Source: Bryobacteraceae bacterium
GTDB taxonomy: Bacteria; Acidobacteriota; Terriglobia; Bryobacterales; Bryobacteraceae
Direction of reading: 5' to 3'
Assembly: GCA_035505095.1 (NCBI GenBank)
Contig: DATJRE010000239.1
Span: 14,448 to 78,447, forward strand
Length of the DNA stretch: 64,000 bases
The position numbers and the translations under genes are program-made. The notes beneath the pieces are model-generated. The model was given only the letters and a program-made list of their open reading frames with translations. It ran no database searches and was not told the DNA's origin. Positions 41,946 to 50,593 of the stretch are shown in pieces. The number at the start of each line of letters is the position of its first letter. The stretch's first letter is position 1.

Positions 41946-41975
41946 CTCAGACTTCGTAATATACAGACGTCTGAG
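41946..41975. promoter_or_regulatory. 7-bp perfect inverted repeat CTCAGAC-N16-GTCTGAG around an AT-rich core, immediately upstream of padR
   Basis: 41946-41952 pairs with 41969-41975. The core is ttcGTAATATACag. It lies in the 131-bp divergent gap between padR and the dehydrogenase gene. Confidence 0.3.
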
Positions 41976-42075
41976 GCAGGAAAAGGTTAGGTCTCTTTGG
42001 CGGTTGCCGGCCGCGCCTGGGAGGAATAGACTGCTTGGAGGCCCGACTCTGAGATCGTTGGGGGCCGCTCGCCGC

Positions 42076-43062
42076 ATGAAAGCTGCCGTTTATTGCCGGT
42101 ACGGACCGCCGGAAGTCGTGCAAATCAAGGACGTCGAAAAGCCCCTTCCCGCGGACAATCAGGTGCTTGTCCGGATTCAGGCGACTACCGTATCCGCCGC
42201 GGACTGGCGGATGAGAAGGGCCGTTCCCTTTATCGTCAGATTCATGACCGGCCTTTGGGCGCCAAAGAAGATCCGGATACTGGGGATGGAGTTCGCCGGA
42301 ACAGTCGAATCCGTGGGAAGGACTGTAACCCGGTTCCGCGAGGGCGACCCGGTATTTGGATCGACCGGGTTCAAGTTCGGCACACATGCCGAGTTTGTAT
42401 GCCTACCGGAAGATGGCTTACTGGCGATCAAGCCGGTCAACATGACGTTCGAGGAAGCGGCCGCGGTCTTGTTTGGCGGAGTGTCGGCCTTGCATTTCCT
42501 CAAGAAGGCAAACATCCAAGAGGGACAGAAAGTGCTCATTTACGGAGCGTCCGGGAGTGTCGGGGTTTTCGCGGTTCAACTGGCGAAGCACTTCGGGGCA
42601 CGTGTCACAGCAGTCTGCAGCACCGCCAATCTTAGCTTGGCGAAGTCTCTCGGCGCCGACGAAGTGGTGGACTACACTCGGGAGGATTTCTCGACAGCCC
42701 GCCGGGCTTATGACATCGTCTTCGACACGGTCGGCAAGAGCGGCTTCACGCGCAGCCTGAAATCCCTGAAGCGAGGCGGTTTCTATGTTCGTGTGGGGGG
42801 CTCCGGACGATTATCGTCGATTCTTGGAGGGATTCTTCAAGAGAAGTGGGCTTCCGTCATGGGGAATGCGAAGGTCATCGGCGGCGTGGGGAGCGGCACG
42901 CCGGGCGACGTCTCCTTTCTCAAGGGGCTCATCGAGGCCGGAAAGCTAAGGACGGTCATCGATAGACGCTATTCGCTGGACGAGATCGCTGAAGCTCACC
43001 GTTACGTGGAGGCCGGCCACAAGAAAGGGCATGTGATCGTTGTTCTCGAACAGGCGTGCTGA
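42076..43062 (+). CDS. NAD(P)-dependent MDR-family oxidoreductase (quinone-reductase/alcohol-dehydrogenase-like)
   Basis: MKAAVYCRYGPPEVVQIKDVEKP. Cofactor site VLIYGASGSVGVFAVQLAKHFGA. C-terminal HRYVEAGHKKGHVIV. Confidence 0.85.
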   Translation: MKAAVYCRYGPPEVVQIKDVEKPLPADNQVLVRIQATTVSAADWRMRRAVPFIVRFMTGLWAPKKIRILGMEFAGTVESVGRTVTRFREGDPVFGSTGFKFGTHAEFVCLPEDGLLAIKPVNMTFEEAAAVLFGGVSALHFLKKANIQEGQKVLIYGASGSVGVFAVQLAKHFGARVTAVCSTANLSLAKSLGADEVVDYTREDFSTARRAYDIVFDTVGKSGFTRSLKSLKRGGFYVRVGGSGRLSSILGGILQEKWASVMGNAKVIGGVGSGTPGDVSFLKGLIEAGKLRTVIDRRYSLDEIAEAHRYVEAGHKKGHVIVVLEQAC

Positions 43063-43201
43063 ACTGTGGGGAAGCGCCACGGACGGCGGGGCCCGATCTC
43101 GCCGCCATCCGCTATACGCGCATGGAGCGGGCTAAATAAACAGCTAAACTGGCAAGCTATCCTTGCCAGATTGCCTGCCGGTTCGCTATCATAAGATTGC
43201 C

Positions 43202-43630
43202 ATGCCGCGAAAGACCCTCGACGCCGCGGTGACCGATTTTCTTCATGCCATCGGTCTGCTGGTCCGCCGGGTGCGCGCGGCGGCGGCCTCGCAGGAGATC
43301 TCCCTGACCGAGAGCGCCGTCTTGAAGCGTCTGGCGCAGGATGGGCCGGCCACCACCGCCGAACTGGCGCGCGCCGAAAGCATGCGGCCGCAGTCGATGG
43401 GAACCACCGTCGCGGCGCTGGAGGAAATGGGCCTGGTGGAACGCAAGCCGCATCCTACCGATGGGCGTCAGGTGAACATTGCGCTGACCGCCAAAGGCGC
43501 CGCCGTCCGCCAGACCGCCCGCGACGCCAAGCGGACGTGGCTGGCCGAAGCCATCGCCCAGCTCGGCCCGGAAGAGCGGGAAACCCTGTTTCAGGCCGGG
43601 GAGATCATCCGGAGGCTGGCGGAAAAGTGA
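43202..43630 (+). CDS. MarR family transcriptional regulator
   Basis: LTESAVLKRLAQDGPATTAELARAESMRPQSMGTTVAALEEMGLVERKPHPTDGRQVNIALTAKG. The stop overlaps the GTG start of the MFS gene (GTGA). Confidence 0.8.
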   Translation: MPRKTLDAAVTDFLHAIGLLVRRVRAAAASQEISLTESAVLKRLAQDGPATTAELARAESMRPQSMGTTVAALEEMGLVERKPHPTDGRQVNIALTAKGAAVRQTARDAKRTWLAEAIAQLGPEERETLFQAGEIIRRLAEK

Positions 43631-44949
43631 AGCCCACCGCCAGTCCCGGTCGGCCGCGGGTTTCTTCGAGAGGTTCGCTGTCGCACGCCTGGCGCGCGCT
43701 GCGGCACCGCAACTTCCAGCTCTTCTTCTTCGGCCAGACCATCTCGATGGTCGGCACCTGGATGACGCGGCTGGCCACTGGCTGGCTGGTCTACCGGATG
43801 ACCGATTCGGCGCTGCTGCTGGGGGTGGTCAGCTTCGCGGGTCAGATTGTGGCGTTTCTGCTGGGGCCGTTTGCGGGCGTCTGGGTGGAGCGCCTCAATC
43901 GCCGCCGGCTGCTGTTGTGGACGCAGGCGGCCGCCGCGGTTCAGTCACTCGCCTTGGCGGCCCTCACCCTGGCGCATGTCATCACCCTCCGGGAAATCAT
44001 CGTCCTCACTGCTCTCCAGGGCTTGATCAACGCGTTCGACATGCCGGGGCGCCAATCCTTCCTGGTGCAGATGGTCGAGGACCGTAATGACCTTAGCAAC
44101 GCCATCGCCATCAACTCCTCGATGGCCAATGGTGCGCGGCTGGTCGGCCCGGCCCTCGCCGGCCTGGTGATCGGGGCCGCCGGCGAAGGCTGGTGCTTCC
44201 TGATCGACGGCGTCAGCTACTTCGCGGTGATCGCCTCCCTGCTGCTGATGCGCATCCCACCGCTGCACATCCGCCGGGCCGCGGCCAGCATGTTCGAACA
44301 AATGCGCGAGGGCTGGGACTACGTGCGCACCTTTCGCCCCATCCGCACCATTCTGCTGCTATTTGCCCTGATCAGCCTGATGGGCTGGCCGTACTCCGTG
44401 CTGCTGCCGGTGTTCGCCGGCCAGGTGCTGCACGGTGGTCCGCATACCCTCGGCTGGCTCACGGGAGCTTCCGGGACCGGCGCGCTGATTTCGGCGCTGT
44501 CGCTGGCGGTGCGTAAGACGGTGGTCGGGCTGACGCGCATGGTGCAGATCGCCGCCGCCACCCTCGGATGCGCCCTGATTCTCTTCGGCCTGTCGCACAC
44601 GTTATGGCTCTCCCTGGTGCTGATGGTCTTCGCCGGCTTCGGCTTAATGCAGGGCGCATCGGTCAGCAACACCATCGTCCAGTCGCTGGTGACGGAAGAC
44701 AAGCGCGCCCGCGTGATGAGCTATTACACCATGGCATTTTTCGGCGCGGCGCCGTTCGGCAGCCTGCTGGCCGGCGCGCTGGCTCAGCGGATCGGGGCGC
44801 CCCACACGGTCATGGTCACTGGCGCTTTCTGCGTCGCCGGCGCGCTCTGGTTCACGCTCGATCTGCCAAAAGTCAACGCCCTCATGCGGCCGGTCTACTA
44901 CGAGCTCGGGCTGCTGCCCGCTCGCGAAACCTCATCGTCAGTCCCGTAA
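43627..44949 (+). CDS. MFS transporter (EntS/MFS_3-like)
   Basis: GTG start at 43627. FRALRHRNFQLFFFGQTISMVGTWMTRLA is typical of the MFS_3 N-terminus. About 12 TM segments. Confidence 0.8.
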   Translation: MKPTASPGRPRVSSRGSLSHAWRALRHRNFQLFFFGQTISMVGTWMTRLATGWLVYRMTDSALLLGVVSFAGQIVAFLLGPFAGVWVERLNRRRLLLWTQAAAAVQSLALAALTLAHVITLREIIVLTALQGLINAFDMPGRQSFLVQMVEDRNDLSNAIAINSSMANGARLVGPALAGLVIGAAGEGWCFLIDGVSYFAVIASLLLMRIPPLHIRRAAASMFEQMREGWDYVRTFRPIRTILLLFALISLMGWPYSVLLPVFAGQVLHGGPHTLGWLTGASGTGALISALSLAVRKTVVGLTRMVQIAAATLGCALILFGLSHTLWLSLVLMVFAGFGLMQGASVSNTIVQSLVTEDKRARVMSYYTMAFFGAAPFGSLLAGALAQRIGAPHTVMVTGAFCVAGALWFTLDLPKVNALMRPVYYELGLLPARETSSSVP

Positions 44950-44963
44950 ACCGAAAGGAAACC

Positions 44964-45530
44964 ATGCCTCTCACCCAACTCGATACTACCCCCGCCCTGG
45001 TCGTGATCGACCTGCAAAAGGGCATTGTCGGCTTTCCCACCGTGCACCCCATCGCCGAGATCATCGCCCGAACCGCCCATCTCGCCCGTGCGTTCCGCGA
45101 GCGCGGTCTGCCGGTGGTTCTGGTCAATGTCTCCGGCATGGCTCCCGGCCGCACCGATGCCGGAAGGCCCAAGTTTTCGTTTCCGCCCGATTGGACCGAG
45201 CTGGTCCCGGAACTGGAGCAGCAACCCGGCGACCACCTGGTCACCAAGCAGCGCTGGGGCGCCTTCCTGGGCACCACTTTGGACGACGATTTGCGCCGCC
45301 GCGGTGTCACCCAGATTGTCCTCACGGGCGTGGCGACCAGTGCCGGCGTCGAATCGACCGCCCGTAGCGCTTACGACCTGGGCTACCACGTGGCATTGGT
45401 GGTGGACGCGATGACCGACCGCGATGTCGATTCGCACCGTCACACCGTGGAGAAGATTTTTCCCCGTCTGGGTGAGACCGCCACTACCGAAGACGTCCTG
45501 AAACTCCTGCAGGAGCGCCCGGCCCGGTAA
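44964..45530 (+). CDS. isochorismatase-family hydrolase
   Basis: RBS AAAGGAA. ALVVIDLQKG...HLVTKQRWGAFLGTTLDDDLRRRGVTQIVLTGVATSAGVESTARSAYDLGY, with the catalytic Cys replaced by Ser/Ala context. Confidence 0.8.
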   Translation: MPLTQLDTTPALVVIDLQKGIVGFPTVHPIAEIIARTAHLARAFRERGLPVVLVNVSGMAPGRTDAGRPKFSFPPDWTELVPELEQQPGDHLVTKQRWGAFLGTTLDDDLRRRGVTQIVLTGVATSAGVESTARSAYDLGYHVALVVDAMTDRDVDSHRHTVEKIFPRLGETATTEDVLKLLQERPAR

Positions 45531-45553
45531 GCGCAATCTGCCTATAATCCGAT

Positions 45554-46183
45554 ATGCGGTCTGTCCCTCGCGCCAGGCGCCGGCTGGGCTTTTTCGGCGG
45601 CTTGGCCGTGCTGTTCCTGTGCGCGGTGGGTCTCTTCGCCATTCTGCAGCCATGGTCCTTCCACATCGGCGGCCGATGGACGCCCACCACCACCTGGTAT
45701 GGAGTGGGCCGGCTGCGCGACTCCACCGGCGCTCAGTATGGCTTGTACCTCTCCTTCTTTCCCGATAACACCTCGGACGGTGAAGGCGGGCTGCGCAGCG
45801 GACCCATGTTGCGCCACGACCTGCGTGGGAAGGCTACGGTTTGCACTGCCGGCGGCGCGCAGTACCGTTTCGACGTCCAGGGCGAGATTACAGGGGCCTG
45901 GCTGCGCACCGATGGCGCAGCAATGTTCCTCTCGCTGGGCGAGCCCCGCGGCCCCAAAATCCCGCGCTCTTTCAGCCTGTACGGTGCCTGGCATGGCCCG
46001 GAGCTGCCGCTCGACGATCACAAGACCATGTTCATGAACTTCCTTCCCGACGGCACTCTCACCCCATCCGGCCACTACACTGCCCCGGTCCCGGAAAAGC
46101 ACGCTACCGTCACGCTCTCCTGGGGTTCCGAAAGCGACTTCGAGACGTTATGCGCGGACCTGCGCAGTGTCCCCGGCCGATGA
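45554..46183 (+). CDS. hypothetical membrane-anchored protein
   Basis: 209-aa ORF with an N-terminal TM (LGFFGGLAVLFLCAVGLFAIL) followed by a beta-rich soluble region. No family recognised. Confidence 0.5.
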   Translation: MRSVPRARRRLGFFGGLAVLFLCAVGLFAILQPWSFHIGGRWTPTTTWYGVGRLRDSTGAQYGLYLSFFPDNTSDGEGGLRSGPMLRHDLRGKATVCTAGGAQYRFDVQGEITGAWLRTDGAAMFLSLGEPRGPKIPRSFSLYGAWHGPELPLDDHKTMFMNFLPDGTLTPSGHYTAPVPEKHATVTLSWGSESDFETLCADLRSVPGR

Positions 46184-46391
46184 GCGCCGCTTACAGGTTT
46201 GGCCCCTTCTTGGAATTGCATCTCCAGCCTGCAAGCGCCGCATCGTCGAGGCTGTGGCCCCGGCCGTGCCGGCGGGCGACGATATGCCCGAGATGGAACG
46301 CCCGCTCCCGGTGATTGCCGCGTTGCTAAGATTAGATTTCACGCCGAAGCCGTCCAGTTCCGGCGCGTGCAAACGCTCGAGGTCCAGCACG

Positions 46392-46661
46392 ATGTGCCGA
46401 AGCATCAAGCCGCTTTTTAATTTCGATCCGCCCGTCAGTCCGGAGGAAATCCGCGCGGCGTCGCTCCAGTTCGTCAGAAAGATCAGCGGCTTCCACAAGC
46501 CGTCCAAGGCCAACGAAGTCTCGTTCGCTGCCGCGGTGGACGAAATTGCCGCTGTGTCCAACCGCCTCCTTCGCTCGCTCGAAACCGCCGCGCCGCCCAA
46601 GAATCGCGAAGAAGAGGCCGCCAAGGCCAAGAGTCGCGCTGCCGATCGATATCGCGCTTGA
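46392..46661 (+). CDS. DUF2277 domain-containing protein
   Basis: 89 aa from MCRSIKPLFNFDPPVSPEEIRAASLQFVRKISGF. This matches my memory of the DUF2277 N-terminus. The upstream part of ORF 46167.. looks non-coding. Confidence 0.6.
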   Translation: MCRSIKPLFNFDPPVSPEEIRAASLQFVRKISGFHKPSKANEVSFAAAVDEIAAVSNRLLRSLETAAPPKNREEEAAKAKSRAADRYRA

Positions 46662-46682
46662 GCCGCGCGCGGCGCCGCAGGA

Positions 46683-48008
46683 TCACCGCCCCCACGGAAT
46701 GGTTTCGAAAATGTTCCGCAGGCGCCGGGCCTTGGCGGGATTAATCATCTCCACGAAGCCGATCCGGCCCGTCAGGTGCGCTCGAAAATCCGCAAGTCCT
46801 TCGCGGTTCTGCGAGGCGGGGCCGCGCCGTGCGCAGTTGATCAGCACCGCTTCCAGCAGTTCGAGGTCGCCGCGGCGAAGGTTGAGCTTTCGGTTCACCA
46901 CCATCCCCGCGAGACTCTGCCGCACGCCTTGCCGCATCATGCGGGTCTTGTGGTGGTTGACGCTGAAACCCTCCTCCAGGGCAACCGCTGCCGCATGGGA
47001 GGCGAAGCGGCCGGCCACCCGGCGGAACTCTGCATCCCCCGAGAAAGCCAGATCGTCGGCGTAGCGCGTGTACACTGCGCCGGCCGACCGGGCCAGGCCG
47101 GAGAGGCGGCAATCCAGGCGGTACGCCGTGATGCTGGCGAGCGCCGGCGAGGTGGGCGCGCCTTGCGGCAGGTGCCGCCGCGCGTACACCGTGTGCGCCT
47201 CCCGCCATTCCGCGGCGCCGATTTCGAGCGGGCGATGGCCCCACGCGTCGCCCGGAACCGCGTTGGTGCAGAGGCCGCCCAGGCCGTCCGCAACCGCCTC
47301 CGGATAACCCAGCGTCCGGAAGAAGGCTTGCACCCGCGCGGCGGGAAATGCGGGGAAGAAGTCCTGCAAGTCGAGGCGCAACACAACCTGCCGGCCGGCA
47401 TGCGGCGCGGCAAAACTGGCCACCGATCGCCCTCTGACGAATCCGTGGGCCGCCGGGTGGGGCGGAATGCGGTCGAGAATCTCGCGTAAGATCCACCGCT
47501 GCAATTCCTTGATTTGCGGCTTGGGGATCTCGATCAGGCGCACGCCGCCCGAGCGCTTGGCGCGTATCCGGTAACGGTAGTGGCGGAGCTTCGGATTATC
47601 GAGCTTGCAGCCGAGACCTTTCAGATCGGCAAACCACTCCAGTTCATCCGGCTGCAGGGACAGCCATCGGGCCAGGTCGCCCACCGTTTCGATCGCGGGA
47701 AGATCCCAGTGCGCGGCGGCGGCCACCGGGCGCATGCGCTGCGGCTCGGGGAGCCAGACGGCCACCGAGAGCTTATCGCGATGGGCGGCGCGCTGAAAAC
47801 CCGCGTCCCCCAGCAGGAATCGGATCACGTCGCGGTGGCGCGGACGGGTGCGCCCGGCGAATGCCTCCACGTAGCGTTGGGCCAAGGGCCGCAGCCAGCG
47901 CCAGGGCCGGCCCAGCGTACGCATGGCCCGTACGTGGACACTCTCGACCGTCGGCTCCCCGGCCATCAGGCTTCGGGCCAGGGCGCTGATCACGGCCGCG
48001 GCGGGCAT
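46683..48008 (-). CDS. retron-type (retron-like) reverse transcriptase with ~130-aa N-terminal extension
   Basis: RT motifs in order: RLIEIPKPQIKELQRWIL, AHGFVRGRSV, LRLDLQDFFPAF, LPQGAPTSPALAS, YTRYADDLAFSG, FSVNHHKTRMM, LAGMVVNRKLNL. A retron-like tail HLTGRIGFVEMINPAKARRL follows. Confidence 0.85.
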   Translation of the reverse strand: MPAAAVISALARSLMAGEPTVESVHVRAMRTLGRPWRWLRPLAQRYVEAFAGRTRPRHRDVIRFLLGDAGFQRAAHRDKLSVAVWLPEPQRMRPVAAAAHWDLPAIETVGDLARWLSLQPDELEWFADLKGLGCKLDNPKLRHYRYRIRAKRSGGVRLIEIPKPQIKELQRWILREILDRIPPHPAAHGFVRGRSVASFAAPHAGRQVVLRLDLQDFFPAFPAARVQAFFRTLGYPEAVADGLGGLCTNAVPGDAWGHRPLEIGAAEWREAHTVYARRHLPQGAPTSPALASITAYRLDCRLSGLARSAGAVYTRYADDLAFSGDAEFRRVAGRFASHAAAVALEEGFSVNHHKTRMMRQGVRQSLAGMVVNRKLNLRRGDLELLEAVLINCARRGPASQNREGLADFRAHLTGRIGFVEMINPAKARRLRNIFETIPWGR

Positions 48009-48013
48009 ACCAG

Positions 48014-48190
48014 ATGGCGGCGGAAGACTTCAACCAGTCTGACTTGGCGTGAGCGGAACTGCCTGCTCGCCATCGCAGAGAGGCTCACGCGACGAAATGG
48101 CGAGGGGACACTCTCCCCCGGGGTAGCCCCGGAGAGGCCAACCGAGCCCGCAAGCCCGATTGCACCGTGCTTGAAAACCTCCACCGCCAC
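48014..48190 (-). ncRNA. candidate RT-associated structured ncRNA (msr/msd-like), bounded by a 13-bp a1/a2-like pairing
   Basis: On the minus strand, GUGGCGGUGGAGG (48190-48178) can pair with CUUCCGCCGCCAU (48026-48014): 10 WC plus 3 GU pairs. Two perfect 8-bp stems and two short hairpins lie between, and a third 8-bp stem spans the a1 arm. TATCAT sits 5 nt upstream. Boundaries are hypothetical. Confidence 0.3.
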
Positions 48191-48233
48191 AGCACATGAT
48201 AGCAACCTGGCGAACCGGCGCGAGGGCTCGGAC

Positions 48234-49487
48234 TTACTGCTCGATCCCCAGCGATGCCGCCACGCGCACCAGCGTCGAAACCAGCCGCTGTACGTGTTTC
48301 TCGGTGTGGGCGGCGGTGCAGGAAATCCGCAGCAGGTTCTGCGCGGCGGCCGGCCGCAGCACCGGGTTGATGTAGATGCCTTCTTCCAGTAGCGCCTTGC
48401 ACAGCCGGCACAAATCAATCTCTTCCTCAATCACCACCGGCACGATGGCGGTTTCGCCGGGCAGCACCTGGAAGCCGCGGGCGCGCAGTTCCTCGCGCAG
48501 ATAGCGCGCCACCTTCAGCAGGCGCAGGCGGCGCTCCGGTTCGTCGCGCATAATTTCCAGCGCTGCGGCCACCGCCGCTACCGAGGCCGCCGGCAGGCTG
48601 GCGGAGAAGACAAACGGCCGGGCGGTGTGCTTCAGGTAATCCACCACCGCGCGGTCCGCGGCGATGAAACCGCCCACCGAAGCCAGCGACTTACTGAACG
48701 TGCCCATGACGATATCCACATCGTCCAGCACGCCCAGGTGCTCGGCGGCGCCGGCGCCGGTTGGTCCCAGGACGCCGATGCCGTGGGCTTCATCCACGTA
48801 CACCCGCGCGCCGTACGGCTTGGCCAGCTTGAGAATGCCGGGCAGGTCGGCGATGTCGCCTTCCATGCTGAAAACCCCTTCGGAGACGATCAGGATTTTG
48901 TCGTCGGGCGGCGTGTTCTCCAGGCAACGCTCAAAGTGCTCCAGGTCATTGTGGCGGAAACGCATGGTGCGGGCCGGCGAGCGCAGGGCGCCCTCCACCA
49001 GGCTGGCGTGCAGGTTGTGATCGCAGATCATCACGTCGCCCTTCTCGGTAAGCGCCGACAGGGTGGCGTAATTGGCTTGAAACCCGGTACCAAAAATAAT
49101 GGCGGCCTCTTTGTGTACGAAGGCCGCCAGTTCGCTTTCCAGCTTGACGTGAATATCGAGGGTGCCGTTCAATAGCCGGGAACCGCTGCACCCGCTGCCG
49201 TACCTCTTTACCGCGTGGGCGGCGGCTTCCTTCACCTTGGGATGCGTAATCAGGTCCAGGTAATCGTTGGACCCGAACATCAATACCTTGCGTTTCCCCA
49301 TGCGGACTTCGCCCGGCCCGCAGCCATCGCGATCGCCAAAGACTTCAAAGTACATATACAACCCGGCGGATTGCAGATCACTCGGACGAGTGAAGTTGCG
49401 GCATTTCTCGAAAATGTCGTTGGTTCCGCGGGCCTTTCCTTTGCCGGTGATGTCGCCAGTCGATACGCGCATGGTCCTCAGTTCCAT
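48234..49487 (-). CDS. alpha-oxoamine synthase family PLP enzyme, serine palmitoyltransferase-like
   Basis: FGSNDYLDL...YGSGCSGSRLLNGT...DEAHGIGVLG...VMGTFSKSLASVGGF (PLP lysine). The overall layout resembles bacterial Spt rather than short BioF. Start 49487 or 49472. Confidence 0.85.
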   Translation of the reverse strand: MELRTMRVSTGDITGKGKARGTNDIFEKCRNFTRPSDLQSAGLYMYFEVFGDRDGCGPGEVRMGKRKVLMFGSNDYLDLITHPKVKEAAAHAVKRYGSGCSGSRLLNGTLDIHVKLESELAAFVHKEAAIIFGTGFQANYATLSALTEKGDVMICDHNLHASLVEGALRSPARTMRFRHNDLEHFERCLENTPPDDKILIVSEGVFSMEGDIADLPGILKLAKPYGARVYVDEAHGIGVLGPTGAGAAEHLGVLDDVDIVMGTFSKSLASVGGFIAADRAVVDYLKHTARPFVFSASLPAASVAAVAAALEIMRDEPERRLRLLKVARYLREELRARGFQVLPGETAIVPVVIEEEIDLCRLCKALLEEGIYINPVLRPAAAQNLLRISCTAAHTEKHVQRLVSTLVRVAASLGIEQ

Positions 49488-50593
49488 TCGTAGATTCGGT
49501 AGGTCTTGTAGCGCTTGGCCCCCATCAGTTCCAGGGAGCGGTTCATCAGGGTATTGTCTTCCAGTATCCAGGACATCTCAGTTTCGCCGTAGCCCAACTG
49601 TCGCGCGTTGCGGACCAGGGTTGCGTAAAAAGCTGCCGCTACGCCGGAAGTGCGGTACTCCTCCACCACGCCCAATGCGAGAACTCGTACACTTCGGATC
49701 AAACGTTGATAATACAGGATTTTGAGCAAACCGGTGGGAAGTAATTTGCCGCCCGCGGGTTTCAGCGCCTGGTTGATGTCGGGCAGGGCCAGCGCGAAAC
49801 CCACTACTTTGCCCTTTACCTCGCCAATCAGTACCAGGCTGGGCTTTAGAATCTGCTTCATCTCCTTGCCCTGCAAGACGAACTCTTCGCGCGACATGGG
49901 GATGAAGCCCCAGTTGCTCACCCATGCCTTGTTGTATACCTCCCAGACTTTCTCTACCTCGGCGTCGAAATTCTTCATATCGATGGGGCGGACCACCACC
50001 CCGTTTTTGGCCAGCGCGCGGCTCGAAACGCGCTCGATTTTGTCGATGTCGATGGTGTTGGCGTTGCTCACGTACGCCAGCAGGTCTTTGGCTTTCTGCA
50101 GCCCCGCCTGCTCCATCAGGGCGGGGTAGTAGCGGTGATTGTAGGTCATCATCACCATGGGGCTGGAATCGAAGGCATCCACCAGCATGCCGCACTCGTA
50201 ATTGGTGGAAGGATTCACGGGGCCGCGCAGGAAACGCGCGCCGCGTCCCGTTACCCACTGCCGCGCGGCGCTAAGCAGCGCCTTGGCCACCGCCGCGTCG
50301 TTGATGCTTTCGTAAAAGCCGAAGAATCCCGCCACTTCTCCGTGGGTCCGGTTGTGGGCTTTGTCGAAAATCGCAGCAATGCGCCCCACCACCCGGCCGT
50401 TCTGCCGCGCCAGGAACAGCTCCGTTTCGGCGTCCTTGTAGTACGGGTGTTTGGCCTTGTCGAGCAACTCCTTCACAGCGATCCGCAACGGCGGCACCCA
50501 ATAGGGATCGCCGCGGTAAATTTCGTAGGGCAGTTCCACGAACTGATGAAGGGCCTTTTTGTCCTCAACCGCAGCGATCTCAATTCCCGCCAA
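49478..50593 (-). CDS. GNAT-fold N-acyltransferase-like protein (candidate bacterial ceramide synthase)
   Basis: 371 aa with a TTG start. Two acyl-CoA N-acyltransferase-like halves (ELFLARQNGRVVGRIAAIFD... and LIGEVKGKVVGFALALPD...LALGVVEEYRTSGVAAAFY). The function is inferred from context. Confidence 0.55.
   Translation of the reverse strand: MAGIEIAAVEDKKALHQFVELPYEIYRGDPYWVPPLRIAVKELLDKAKHPYYKDAETELFLARQNGRVVGRIAAIFDKAHNRTHGEVAGFFGFYESINDAAVAKALLSAARQWVTGRGARFLRGPVNPSTNYECGMLVDAFDSSPMVMMTYNHRYYPALMEQAGLQKAKDLLAYVSNANTIDIDKIERVSSRALAKNGVVVRPIDMKNFDAEVEKVWEVYNKAWVSNWGFIPMSREEFVLQGKEMKQILKPSLVLIGEVKGKVVGFALALPDINQALKPAGGKLLPTGLLKILYYQRLIRSVRVLALGVVEEYRTSGVAAAFYATLVRNARQLGYGETEMSWILEDNTLMNRSLELMGAKRYKTYRIYEWN

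Noticed and set aside
46662-46673. 12-nt perfect palindrome GCCGCGCGCGGC between the convergent DUF2277 and RT genes, considered as a terminator
   Set aside because: It can form only a 4-bp stem with a 4-nt loop, and no T-run follows. CG-only palindromes of this size are expected by chance at this GC content.
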